Shown: positions 9,191 to 18,173 of the stretch, piece after piece
Layout: each line of letters begins with the position of its first letter
How positions within the stretch are numbered: position 1 is the first letter of the stretch
Source of the DNA: an uncultured virus (IMG/VR IMGVR_UViG_3300028920_001041)
Lineage: Duplodnaviria; Heunggongvirae; Uroviricota; Caudoviricetes
DNA: 64,000 bases
Virus record (IMG/VR): IMGVR_UViG_3300028920_001041
Strand: one strand, 5' to 3'
Program-made: the position numbers and the translations under genes
Notes under the pieces: model-generated
Databases searched by the model: none
What the model was told of the DNA's origin: nothing
What the model saw: only the letters and a program-made list of their open reading frames with translations

Positions 9191-9506
9191 ATAGTGATCC
9201 GCAGGCAACTGTGTGTTATTGGATTGGTCTCCAATAATACGTTGCGTGCATAAATCATGGACTGGCTTTTCAAACCATTCGGTAGAATGGCCCGCACATT
9301 GATTTTGTTGTTATCCTCGAAGTTTAATCCTTCGCTACATCTAGGGTGGTGGTGTGATGTAGCCACATTGATCCGACCTATAATATTGTTCTTACTAATC
9401 CTAAAGGGCAATCTTCACGTCGTACGCTCTGTGGTAGACATATTTCAACTCTACCACAGAGGTGGATAACAATGGGGCCTCCTATTTACGGGAGGTCCCT
9501 TATTTG
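9191..9506 (+). ncRNA. structured RNA D (~310 nt, multibranch)
   Basis: UUGUUAUCC/GGAUAACAA encloses GCUACAUC/GAUGUAGC and CUCUGUGGUAGA/UCUACCACAGAG hairpins; terminal GGGGCCUCC/GGAGGUCCC stem. Confidence 0.7.
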
Positions 9507-9526
9507 ATTTCTCAACACCATGTAAT

Positions 9527-9536
9527 ATATAGAAAT
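9527..9536 (+). promoter_or_regulatory. phage promoter motif
   Basis: ATATAGAAAT; further copy at 9677-9686. Confidence 0.65.
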
Positions 9537-9910
9537 TATCTTTTTAAATCAGGATAGGTAGTATTATATGGATAGGCTCAAGAAAAAACTTGTGAAGGGT
9601 TTTATATTTTTAAATCTTGATGTGACATTTTTTATCAGATCAGAAGGCATACAGAAATTTAGTATTTTCTGTTAATATATAGAAATACTTACTTTTAAAT
9701 ACTTACAGCCAAATTTTTTATGACAGGAATTGTAAATAAGGTTTAAAGAGTAACAATATATTTATTGTTTGAAGACGGATGGGTACTTGACGAACGGGAA
9801 ATATACGGTAACTACACATTGATGATTGTTATAAACCATTAGTATTAAATAGGCCTATGGGAAATAGGTCATCTATATTAGAATTAGTTTATAAACAAAT
9901 TTTGTGAGGA

Positions 9911-10108
9911 ATGAAAGCTATGTTAATGAAGTTTATACTTACGCTTGGAATTAGTGTGGGCATTGCTTATTATCTAAGCACAATGGGTGCCCATGAAATA
10001 TTAATCTTTATTGGATTCTTAATAGGTGTCTTTGTTGGATACTTCTTACCAGAATTCAAAATGCGTGGTATAATCTCGTTCCTTAAGAAGAGAACTCATC
10101 GTCTTTAA
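9911..10108 (+). CDS. small two-TM membrane protein
   Basis: two hydrophobic segments; terminator at 10113-10151. Confidence 0.65.
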   Translation: MKAMLMKFILTLGISVGIAYYLSTMGAHEILIFIGFLIGVFVGYFLPEFKMRGIISFLKKRTHRL

Positions 10109-10166
10109 AATGGGTGGGGGAATCAGAGATTATTCCCCCATTTATTTTTTTGTTTTTAAGGTCTAT

Positions 10167-10176
10167 ATATAGAAAT
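10167..10176 (+). promoter_or_regulatory. phage promoter motif
   Basis: ATATAGAAAT. Confidence 0.7.
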
Positions 10177-10237
10177 TATTACATTGTACATACATATTCG
10201 TATGTGTAATAAACCAACTTAAAAGGAGAGAGTAATC

Positions 10238-10568
10238 ATGTTAAGAATAAAAAAAATTTTCAAACATAGTAATAGTCATTGGTATATCACTGATACTGCT
10301 TATTTCATGTGGACCAAAACATGAATCAGCAAACATCAAAATAATCAAAAAAGATGGTACCAAAACACACTATAACATCATTGTTCTGGATAAGGATCAG
10401 CATATTATGATCACAAAATATGTGAACGATGAACAAGTTGAAATCTGGGATGCCTTAGACTTTACAACTCAAAATGGTAAAATGATTATGGAAGACAGTG
10501 ATGGTAAACATCATTACCAGCTATCCTTTAATCAAGATAACTTTGAGATCCTTGTAACTGAAATGTAA
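10238..10568 (+). pseudogene. lipoprotein gene frameshifted at an A8 tract (phase-variable, pseudogene or assembly error)
   Basis: AAGGAG RBS + ATG; removing one A from 10249-10256 gives a 109-aa MLRIKKFSNIVIVIGISLILLIS-C lipoprotein. Confidence 0.7.
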
Positions 10569-10579
10569 AAGGAGTATCT

Positions 10580-10660
10580 ATGAAATACATAATTATCATA
10601 GGAATACTACTATTAATATTCAGATGCACAGATCCTGGATTTCTACAGCTATTCAACTAA
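10580..10660 (+). CDS. 26-aa lipoprotein-like peptide
   Basis: AAGGAG RBS; MKYIIIIGILLLIFRCTDPGFLQLFN. Confidence 0.45.
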   Translation: MKYIIIIGILLLIFRCTDPGFLQLFN

Positions 10661-10716
10661 ATCCATTAACGTGGAGGTGCAACGATTTAAAGTTGCCCTC
10701 CTTGGAGGTTTAATTT

Positions 10717-10869
10717 ATGAGAAATTGTCCAAATTGTAGTTTACAAATGCAGCAAGACGAAGATGCTGATGATTACCCTAGTTCAATTTATATTTGCCCG
10801 AACTGTGGCCACACAGAAACCAATCTTGAAGCAGATGATTTTGATCCAGGGGAGGAACTCAATGATTAA
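10717..10869 (+). CDS. 50-aa acidic zinc-ribbon protein
   Basis: GGAGG RBS; CPNC...CPNC; absent from ORF track. Confidence 0.7.
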   Translation: MRNCPNCSLQMQQDEDADDYPSSIYICPNCGHTETNLEADDFDPGEELND

Positions 10870-10987
10870 AACATGGTGGAATTCAATAACACGAGAGCAG
10901 TGTCTGGAGGGAATATATAGTAGTATAGGATCTTTCGCTGTGTTAATGGTTTACTTAGTGGTTATTTACTTCATTGCTCCTAATTAA
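10862..10987 (+). CDS. small membrane protein
   Basis: GGAGG RBS, MIKTWW start, C-terminal TM helix. Confidence 0.55.
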   Translation: MIKTWWNSITREQCLEGIYSSIGSFAVLMVYLVVIYFIAPN

Positions 10988-11004
10988 CAACGATAGGGGG
11001 TTTC

Positions 11005-11139
11005 ATGAAACGATTGGTAATTATCATACTCACTATTACTTGTCTCATTGGATCTATGATTATAATTGGTTGTGGTGACGATGATGACAAAAGAGGGAGA
11101 GGTAGAAACCGAAGGCCAGATTGTCCATTTAGAAGTTAA
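11005..11139 (+). CDS. 44-aa lipoprotein
   Basis: MKRLVIIILTITCLIGSMIIIG-CGDDDDK; hairpin follows at 11151-11174. Confidence 0.6.
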   Translation: MKRLVIIILTITCLIGSMIIIGCGDDDDKRGRGRNRRPDCPFRS

Positions 11140-11200
11140 TTCAGATGATGGGAGAGATGATTAGTCGTCTCTCCTAGATGTTTTAATTTTTTCTAAGTTT

Positions 11201-11210
11201 ACATAGAAAT
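11201..11210 (+). promoter_or_regulatory. phage promoter motif (ACATAGAAAT)
   Basis: heads the long plus-strand accessory operon. Confidence 0.6.
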
Positions 11211-11305
11211 ACTTAAATAAGGAGGATTATAATATACTTAAAAAAATAGACCGTTTATTTCGGTCTATAGATTTATTTTTCACTAGCCATTAGACAGGAG
11301 GAACA

Positions 11306-11719
11306 GTGGAAAAGTTAATGATCGGTCAAATTAACCACAAATATAGAATGTTTATGGATAATACGGGTGGAATTAATACTGTTGAATTGACTTTTCAAAT
11401 AAGAAAAGAATTTCAAAACCACTTTGGTGAAGCAACAGATTATCTTAAACAACAATTCGATAGAAATAGAAAGATGCATAATGGTCAATCGTATAACGAT
11501 AAAGAAATAATGTGTCACTATTTTAAATTAGAAGGATTCAAAGCCGCCGTTATAGATTTTACTCAAGATCATACTCAGCATAAAGGAAGAGATTATCAAG
11601 TCAATCTTATTAGTTATGATGACTATAAAGAACGAACACATATGGTACCGTTTATTAGGTTTTATTGTAACCCCATCGGTATTTACTTATTAGAAAAGAT
11701 CTGGTTTAGGAGTTTATAA
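11306..11719 (+). CDS. hypothetical, paralog family with F...Y.NP.G..LLEK.xF C-terminus
   Basis: ends FYCNPIGIYLLEKIWFRSL. Confidence 0.7.
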   Translation: MEKLMIGQINHKYRMFMDNTGGINTVELTFQIRKEFQNHFGEATDYLKQQFDRNRKMHNGQSYNDKEIMCHYFKLEGFKAAVIDFTQDHTQHKGRDYQVNLISYDDYKERTHMVPFIRFYCNPIGIYLLEKIWFRSL

Positions 11720-11997
11720 TGAATAGTAATTCTATAAAAATTAATCAATGGAGAGCTAAGATTAATCATATATTCTACATTAAACTTGGGAGTATTATTC
11801 AAACCGTATATTATCTAATTAGATATAAATTTAATACGGAGACAATACATGATAAACTCGATCGAATGATAAAGGATGTTAAATACGATCGAAGGAAAAT
11901 GAAGGAGAATCACATAAAAGAAATGTCTGAATTAGAAAAAAGAAAGGAGGAATTGGAGAAAGATATCGATGAAAAAATTAGAGATAAAAGACTTTGA
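11719..11997 (+). CDS. hypothetical coiled-coil protein
   Basis: translationally coupled ORF. Confidence 0.6.
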   Translation: MNSNSIKINQWRAKINHIFYIKLGSIIQTVYYLIRYKFNTETIHDKLDRMIKDVKYDRRKMKENHIKEMSELEKRKEELEKDIDEKIRDKRL

Positions 11998-12394
11998 AAC
12001 AATATGTAATGAGTTTCATAAAAATTTTGTGTCAGATCAATTACAACCAGCTAGGATAGTTGATGCATTAACAAAAACTTACCAATCATTATTTGGTGTA
12101 CCATCTGATGATGTATTAGGATGGGAAAACATGATCAAATGTGGAATATTCGTATGCGAATTTAAATACTTTCAACAAGGAGCTCCTCCACCTAGGGACT
12201 TATCACCTGCTGAATGGCATGGAGTGGTGATTAATGACTTATCACCTGTTGAATGGTATGGGGTGATGTTTAGATGTATTAATAAATCAAGGTCACTGCG
12301 ACCATTTACAAAATCATTACCAGAATTCCTTCACTTCTACGATAACCCAACAGGTTATTTTAGACTTGAACAAATTTATATGAATGATCAATAG
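11969..12394 (+). CDS. hypothetical, same paralog family; internal 39-bp tandem repeat
   Basis: ends FYDNPTGYFRLEQIYMNDQ; DLSP.EW.GV twice (12197, 12236). Confidence 0.7.
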   Translation: MKKLEIKDFETICNEFHKNFVSDQLQPARIVDALTKTYQSLFGVPSDDVLGWENMIKCGIFVCEFKYFQQGAPPPRDLSPAEWHGVVINDLSPVEWYGVMFRCINKSRSLRPFTKSLPEFLHFYDNPTGYFRLEQIYMNDQ

Positions 12395-12403
12395 AGGAGA
12401 ATT

Positions 12404-12601
12404 ATGTTATTCAAATTTGATGGTTATTTACCTATGAAATTAGAGTTCACCTGTAAATGTAGTGCGTGGAGTTGTGTTGATCATCTCAGAACAGATAATT
12501 GTTCAAAAGATAAACCAAAAATTGTTAAGTGTACTAATTGTAATCAAATCGTCAAAGTATGGCAAAAGGATTCGCATTGGCACATGTTAATTGAGGAGTA
12601 A
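12404..12601 (+). CDS. zinc-ribbon protein
   Basis: CKC...CTNC; GAGGAG RBS. Confidence 0.6.
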   Translation: MLFKFDGYLPMKLEFTCKCSAWSCVDHLRTDNCSKDKPKIVKCTNCNQIVKVWQKDSHWHMLIEE

Positions 12602-12603
12602 AT

Positions 12604-12864
12604 ATGGATGAAGTTCAGTATATTTTAGATAAGCATCAAGATTTATTGGATAATGCATTTGCCCTATTAAATGAAACAACAACATTTGATGTTAGACTCA
12701 TTGTGAATCTAATGCATGAACTAAAGGAAAGGAGGGCTAAAGATTGCGAACACGAAATATTTAGTATTAAAAACGAGAAAATTGATTCAGGATTTATGTG
12801 TGCTAAGTGTAACTTGGTGTTTCAACAATTCTTTGGAACAATAAACCTAGAGAAGGAGGAATAA
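12604..12864 (+). CDS. hypothetical protein (CxH...CxxC)
   Basis: ORF with RBS. Confidence 0.6.
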   Translation: MDEVQYILDKHQDLLDNAFALLNETTTFDVRLIVNLMHELKERRAKDCEHEIFSIKNEKIDSGFMCAKCNLVFQQFFGTINLEKEE

Positions 12865-12866
12865 AA

Positions 12867-13118
12867 GTGTTAATTAGTGTTTTCGCACAAGTTATGATCA
12901 TCCTTCTTGCTTGTCCAGCTATTTGGCTGGTTGTAAAGTATGACGGATGGAGAGAGTCGATCGGTGTTGGAATAGGTATATTATCAGTACCATTTATTGC
13001 ATATAGTGCCCTCCGACATGGTCAATGGGGATTTCTTGTCCCCTGTGTTGTGTTTGTCATCGCGACATTTCCGATTCTGTTAAAAGGAGTCAAAACTAAG
13101 TTTAAAAAGGAGAAATAG
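12867..13118 (+). CDS. three-TM membrane protein
   Basis: hydrophobic segments; AAGGAGG RBS, GTG start. Confidence 0.65.
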   Translation: MLISVFAQVMIILLACPAIWLVVKYDGWRESIGVGIGILSVPFIAYSALRHGQWGFLVPCVVFVIATFPILLKGVKTKFKKEK

Positions 13119-13122
13119 GATA

Positions 13123-13971
13123 ATGAGAAAATGTGTCATCATAACAATAGTAGTAATGTGTATGTTAGCTTTCTCGGTAATCAGTTTCGCGGAGACAACG
13201 GTTATCGTCGGAACTGGATCTTCGAAGGGGTTTTATACAACGAAAGCTTTCCCAAAAATAGCCCAACAAACTAAAGCGTGGTCTGTTAAACTAGAAGCCA
13301 AACCTGGTGGAAGCAAGATCAACATCAAAAGACTATTAGCTGGCGAAATCCAGGTCGCAATGTGTCAATTCGATGCAGTTATTGACGCAGATAATTCAAG
13401 CATAATTATCATTGGATTCCTGCATGATGAAGTTATTCATGCACTAACATTATGGGATCATAAAATCAATGAACTGTCCGATGTCAAAAAAGGTCATAAA
13501 GTAGGTATTGGTAAACCTACTGGAGGATCTGCGTTAACCTGGGGAGTTTGGGCTAGTGCTGTTAAACAATTAGAAGAGGTTGGAACTGAACCCCTTCAGG
13601 GTACTCGGGCAATAAGTGCTCTTGAAGCTGGTGATATTGATCTATTCTTTTCTGTCACTGGTATGGGTGACAAATATTTTAAGCAGGCTAACAACAATAA
13701 AAAGAAGTTTAAGTTAGTTGAACTTGATTTTGGGGCAATCAATAAATTGAAATATAAAAAGACCCCAATATACAACGAGTTCGAAATAGAGGATAAATAT
13801 TATCCTAATCTGATCAAAGGAATGGGCGATCCAGATGTATACTCCGTCAAAGCATGTCTCGTTACAACTGTCGATTGGGCCGATGAGAATGAAGACACGT
13901 ATGAGGTTATTGCAGATGCAGTAGCCGCTGCCCGCCCGTCCATCATTCAAATGGCACTACCTAAATTGTAA
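13123..13971 (+). CDS. TAXI-family TRAP transporter solute-binding protein
   Basis: signal peptide; VGTGSSKGFY, GGSKINIKRL..GEIQVAMCQFD, LHDEVIH, VGIGKPTGGS. Confidence 0.8.
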   Translation: MRKCVIITIVVMCMLAFSVISFAETTVIVGTGSSKGFYTTKAFPKIAQQTKAWSVKLEAKPGGSKINIKRLLAGEIQVAMCQFDAVIDADNSSIIIIGFLHDEVIHALTLWDHKINELSDVKKGHKVGIGKPTGGSALTWGVWASAVKQLEEVGTEPLQGTRAISALEAGDIDLFFSVTGMGDKYFKQANNNKKKFKLVELDFGAINKLKYKKTPIYNEFEIEDKYYPNLIKGMGDPDVYSVKACLVTTVDWADENEDTYEVIADAVAAARPSIIQMALPKL

Positions 13972-13984
13972 GGAGGGGTAAGTT

Positions 13985-14248
13985 ATGTCGTTACGAAGAT
14001 TAAAAGAAAAACTGTCTAAAGCGACAAGTGCAGTATCTGGTGCTGTTGGTGATGCGAAAGCGAAAGCATCTAAAATATTGGATACTACATTAGATCTTGA
14101 GAAAGCCCAAGAAGAGCTCATTGATGATCTTGAAAAAGGGTTGAGAATATTCGATGAGATTGGTCTTCCACAAGAAAAAGGGGATGCTCTTCAAGAGGAA
14201 ATTGCCAATTTTGCTATGGATAAATTGAAGGAGAATTTCCCCAAATAA
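13985..14248 (+). CDS. hypothetical protein
   Basis: AGGAGG RBS; hairpin at 14261-14280. Confidence 0.65.
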   Translation: MSLRRLKEKLSKATSAVSGAVGDAKAKASKILDTTLDLEKAQEELIDDLEKGLRIFDEIGLPQEKGDALQEEIANFAMDKLKENFPK

Positions 14249-14309
14249 ACCTAAGACTCTGGGGCGTCTACAGGCGCCCCTATAAAAATTAGAGAGGTAA
14301 TTAAAGATC

Positions 14310-14642
14310 ATGGTATACGACCTAATAGAAAAACCAAATATAGACCTTAAAGATCTCTCTAATATTAAAAGAGAAGAGATCGATGATCAAATTAAAATTA
14401 GACAATATCTTATTCAAGATATGGTAGGTACACTTTACCCAAATATGTTAAGTACTGAAATTAAAAAACTCAAAGTAATGAAACAATACCCTGTTGATAC
14501 CAAGGTTGAAGGAGGGTTTCTCTATTTTAAACTTAAAGATAAATGGGAAATGGCAGGGCGAGGTGATCACCCACTATCTCCAAAATTCGTAGAATTAAGA
14601 ACGAAGCAGCATTATGATAATTTAATGAAACTCGATTCTTAA
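14310..14642 (+). CDS. hypothetical protein
   Basis: GAGG RBS. Confidence 0.65.
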   Translation: MVYDLIEKPNIDLKDLSNIKREEIDDQIKIRQYLIQDMVGTLYPNMLSTEIKKLKVMKQYPVDTKVEGGFLYFKLKDKWEMAGRGDHPLSPKFVELRTKQHYDNLMKLDS

Positions 14643-14655
14643 CATAGGAGATATA

Positions 14656-14886
14656 ATGAAAGAATTACTCTTAAAGATAATAACAGCGTTAGTTGACAAT
14701 CCAGATGATATTCAAATAAAAACAATTGAAGGTAAATCTACCAACGTCCTTGAACTTAAAGTAAACAAAAGTGATATTGGAAAAGTGATTGGGAAGAAAG
14801 GGAGAACTGCTGATAGTCTTAGAACTATTTTAGCTTGTGCTTCAGCGAAAAAAGAAAAACGGGTGTTATTGGAGATTCTTGATTAA
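14656..14886 (+). CDS. khpA: KH-domain RNA-binding protein KhpA
   Basis: ALVDNPD...DIGKVIGKKGRTA.SLRTIL; 76 aa. Confidence 0.9.
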   Translation: MKELLLKIITALVDNPDDIQIKTIEGKSTNVLELKVNKSDIGKVIGKKGRTADSLRTILACASAKKEKRVLLEILD

Positions 14887-14898
14887 AAGGGAGATAAT

Positions 14899-15069
14899 AT
14901 GATAGAACAAACAGTAGAAGAAGTTGCAGAGGCTATGAAAGCAGATCCTGAAACTTGGGCAAAAATGTATTTAGAGCTGAAAGAAACATCTAGTAAACTC
15001 GAAATATTAGTCACTGAACATCAAACAAAATTAAACACTTTGTTTCAAAGAAGTAAATTACCTTTATAG
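14899..15069 (+). CDS. 56-aa hypothetical protein
   Basis: GGGAG RBS; fills gap in operon. Confidence 0.55.
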   Translation: MIEQTVEEVAEAMKADPETWAKMYLELKETSSKLEILVTEHQTKLNTLFQRSKLPL

Positions 15070-15077
15070 GAGATGCA

Positions 15078-15227
15078 ATGAAGGAATATAATATAAAACT
15101 TGATGAAAACGATTTAATTTGTCTAGAGATAGGAGACATAGATGTAATAGATTCGATTCTAACTAAAATCATCAAGCAAGGAGAAGAGCAAGGATATGTT
15201 ACCCAGGACGAGGACGACGAAGTATGA
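15078..15227 (+). CDS. 49-aa protein paralogous to the N-terminus of 15542
   Basis: MKEYIIKLDENDL...IIKQGEEQGY vs MKLYNIVLTEEDI...ILKQAKQEGY. Confidence 0.6.
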   Translation: MKEYNIKLDENDLICLEIGDIDVIDSILTKIIKQGEEQGYVTQDEDDEV

Positions 15228-15555
15228 ACAATACGAAATAGAGAATGAATTAAAGGAATTATTTAAAATTGCTCCACTTCATAAATATTACATGTCTATA
15301 TCATTCGCAATTCTGAAAACATATAAACAAGTATTTGAAAATCATCCAAGTGGTGACGCGTTTAAACTTGATAAGTATACTTGCAGAACAGTCCACAATA
15401 GGAAAAGTCAAACCATTAATATCTTGTTTAAATATTTAGAGGGGGAAGAAGAACGATTAACATTTTACCATATGGGATTGGCTGAATTTATATATTGGTA
15501 TGATAATGAACACGGATTAAAACGAATGGAGGGGATTATCTATGAAGTTATATAA
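15196..15555 (+). CDS. hypothetical, paralog family
   Basis: ends FIYWYDNEHGLKRMEGIIYEVI. Confidence 0.65.
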   Translation: MLPRTRTTKYEQYEIENELKELFKIAPLHKYYMSISFAILKTYKQVFENHPSGDAFKLDKYTCRTVHNRKSQTINILFKYLEGEEERLTFYHMGLAEFIYWYDNEHGLKRMEGIIYEVI

Positions 15556-16162
15556 CATTGTTCTTACTGAAGAAGACATAGATAATTTAACTTACGATTA
15601 TAGCTGTGTCGAAGGGGTAATTGAACGGATACTTAAACAAGCTAAACAAGAAGGATATCTTGATCCTGAAGAACGGCTCAATTCTGATGAAGGAACTGAT
15701 TCTATCAAATTAATGGTTAAGAAATTAAAGAAATTAACAAAAGAATATTTAACAGCAAGAATCATTCAATTTGAAAAACAATTCATGGATTATACTCTTG
15801 GTGAAAAGATAACAGATCCAACTATGATAAATGAATTAAATCAATTATTCATAGATAGGTTTGGAGAAGGTAAAGTTAATACTGTTATGTTTATCTTTCA
15901 AAATTATGATTGTCGTATAGCTCTTAAACATATAACAAAAACGTTATATGTTGAATTTAATTCCAGAAGAAAGAGAATATTTACTCCTCAAGAGAAAGAC
16001 AGGTTAATTAAGAAATATGGGAATACAGAAGGTGTAAAAGAAGCTATTAATAAATACGAATTAGCACATTCTCATAATATTCCTTTTGTAGATTTCTGTA
16101 ATCAACATTGTAATCCTTGGATCATATCCGAATTAGAAAAGATCCTATTTAAGTTTATATAA
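15542..16162 (+). CDS. hypothetical, paralog family
   Basis: ends FCNQHCNPWIISELEKILFKFI. Confidence 0.7.
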   Translation: MKLYNIVLTEEDIDNLTYDYSCVEGVIERILKQAKQEGYLDPEERLNSDEGTDSIKLMVKKLKKLTKEYLTARIIQFEKQFMDYTLGEKITDPTMINELNQLFIDRFGEGKVNTVMFIFQNYDCRIALKHITKTLYVEFNSRRKRIFTPQEKDRLIKKYGNTEGVKEAINKYELAHSHNIPFVDFCNQHCNPWIISELEKILFKFI

Positions 16163-16170
16163 GGAGTAAT

Positions 16171-16557
16171 ATGGAGTTATCTTATAATGATGTATTAAAT
16201 GCTTGGAAGAATTTTCTATTAGCTGCTTCTGGAAACATAACATTTGATCATATGATGACAAAGTTAACTCAAATATTTTCTAATCACTATCATTCAGTAA
16301 AGTATGATTCTGAACAAATGGTTTATATGGAAAGTTTACATAATATGGCATATATGTTTACATATGATCTTATACTTAAAGATGATAAAAGATTCAAACA
16401 ACAAAAAGGTGGAGATATTCAAATTGAGATATTAGTAAATATGGTTAATATTAATAATCATAAAAAGACTACAATAGATGCAATTGATTTCATCCATAAA
16501 TATTGTAACCCAGATTGTCGGGCAATACTAGAAAAAGGAACAATAGAATTCTTGTAA
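16171..16557 (+). CDS. hypothetical, paralog family
   Basis: ends FIHKYCNPDCRAILEKGTIEFL. Confidence 0.7.
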   Translation: MELSYNDVLNAWKNFLLAASGNITFDHMMTKLTQIFSNHYHSVKYDSEQMVYMESLHNMAYMFTYDLILKDDKRFKQQKGGDIQIEILVNMVNINNHKKTTIDAIDFIHKYCNPDCRAILEKGTIEFL

Positions 16558-16565
16558 GGAGTAAC

Positions 16566-16916
16566 ATGTCTAATAAATTATCAATAGATGAGATCGAGGA
16601 GAGATGTAAAGACTTTGTAAAGTATGTATTTGATAATTATTCAAACGCTCACAAGATAACAACTCACCTTGAAACAGAATTCGAGAAGAAAGGGCTAATG
16701 TGTGGGTTTAACTGGATTCCTAATCACGTCTATCATGGAGAAATCAGAGTTATATTTATCACTATTAATGATAAATACAAAGATAAATTAACAATGACGG
16801 CAAGATTGAGAAGTCCACTAACCCGAACAATGACTTTACCACAATTCATACTTAACTATTATAATCCAGAAGGTGCCTACTTGTTAGAGAAAATAAGATT
16901 TACATTAGGAGGATAA
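16566..16916 (+). CDS. hypothetical, paralog family
   Basis: AAGGAG RBS before 16566; ends FILNYYNPEGAYLLEKIRFTLGG. Confidence 0.7.
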   Translation: MSNKLSIDEIEERCKDFVKYVFDNYSNAHKITTHLETEFEKKGLMCGFNWIPNHVYHGEIRVIFITINDKYKDKLTMTARLRSPLTRTMTLPQFILNYYNPEGAYLLEKIRFTLGG

Positions 16917-16919
16917 ATT

Positions 16920-17213
16920 ATGGCATTCGTTGTAGATGTAGGTATACCATTTAATGAAAATAATCAAGATGATAGAATGGAATTATCTAATGAAATTGAA
17001 GAACTACTTGAGGAGTTAGGAGGACTAACTTCTTCCGGCGGATCAGGGTTCGGGTATAGAGATATTCAAATAACGTTTGAGGAAGGTAGTGAAAATCAAG
17101 TAGAGAAAATAGTTAAATTAAAATTGAGAGAACACAATATAGAACTTGGTAATAATCGTGACGATGAAACACAAGCATATCTTTCAATTTATGATAAAGA
17201 GGAGAATGAATAA
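16920..17213 (+). CDS. acidic hypothetical protein
   Basis: GGAGG RBS; GGSGFGYRD motif. Confidence 0.65.
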   Translation: MAFVVDVGIPFNENNQDDRMELSNEIEELLEELGGLTSSGGSGFGYRDIQITFEEGSENQVEKIVKLKLREHNIELGNNRDDETQAYLSIYDKEENE

Positions 17214-17410
17214 TGCCATTTCGAAATCATGCCCCTTTAGATCCAACCTGTCCTGATGTTATAGAATTCCACGAAATGCATGATAATGATCCTATATCCC
17301 AAATGTCTGGATGTATGGATGAGATTATTAAGAGTTTTGAGAGATCTCACCGTCAAATCTGTCACCGATGTTTAAATTTTGGAGTATCCAATATTGAAGT
17401 TGTAGATTAG
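17213..17410 (+). CDS. hypothetical protein
   Basis: coupled ORF. Confidence 0.6.
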   Translation: MPFRNHAPLDPTCPDVIEFHEMHDNDPISQMSGCMDEIIKSFERSHRQICHRCLNFGVSNIEVVD

Positions 17411-17421
17411 GAACTATACCC

Positions 17422-17616
17422 ATGTTTGAAGGATTGAAGATATATAGAAAGTGGAAAAGAGGTAAATGGTATTATCTTAAAGCAAAAAATACTCCACCTA
17501 TGGCAATGTTTGCTTGGTGGACAAGAAAACCAGATTGTTATAGTGATGTAACAATAATACATGCAGAATACCATGGAGAACCAAAACGAAAAATATGGAG
17601 GGAGATAAAAGAATGA
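17422..17616 (+). CDS. hypothetical basic protein
   Basis: ORF in operon. Confidence 0.55.
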   Translation: MFEGLKIYRKWKRGKWYYLKAKNTPPMAMFAWWTRKPDCYSDVTIIHAEYHGEPKRKIWREIKE

Positions 17617-17957
17617 GAAAATTGTTTTGTGATAATGAATGTAATAAAAAATTAGAATTCGTTTATGTTCATGGTTATGATTTCGGCGACAGATTGATGG
17701 AGGATGTACTCTTTAAAGTCGAAGTCATTGATGGTAAAGGAGTATGTATTGGATTACATCCTGATTCTGAACCATATATGGCTCAATTTAATTGGGAACA
17801 TTGGAAACAAAGATGTGAAATGTATTGTGTTAACATCGATATTGCGCAATGCCCACATTGTAAAGAAGACGTTCTTGTTGAAGATGAAGATATTGAACGT
17901 CCAGAACCTGTTGCAATAGGTATGAAAAGCGCAAAAGACATATTAGGAGGAAAATGA
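17613..17957 (+). CDS. hypothetical zinc-binding protein
   Basis: CDNEC...CPHC. Confidence 0.65.
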   Translation: MRKLFCDNECNKKLEFVYVHGYDFGDRLMEDVLFKVEVIDGKGVCIGLHPDSEPYMAQFNWEHWKQRCEMYCVNIDIAQCPHCKEDVLVEDEDIERPEPVAIGMKSAKDILGGK

Positions 17958-18160
17958 GCATTAAAGAAGAAGTAGAAGCTAACGCGTTTGCATTAGCTCT
18001 ATTAATGCCTAAAAACATGATTATAGAATATGTAGTCAAATATAAATCATTATATAAAAACAATGACATTCTTATCTCAAAATTATCCAATAAATTCGAG
18101 GTATCCGAAATCGCGATGAAAAGCAGATTACTTGATTTAGGGATACTAACAACTATTTAA
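17954..18160 (+). CDS. IrrE/ImmA (DUF955) C-terminal fragment, no HEXXH
   Basis: EVEANAFALALLMP...LSNKFEVSEIAMKSRL. Confidence 0.7.
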   Translation: MSIKEEVEANAFALALLMPKNMIIEYVVKYKSLYKNNDILISKLSNKFEVSEIAMKSRLLDLGILTTI

Positions 18161-18173
18161 GGAGAGCTAAAAT

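Noticed and set aside
9145..9469. ORFs 9145-9411(-) and 9257-9469(+)
   Set aside because: No RBS, atypical composition; overlap RNA D
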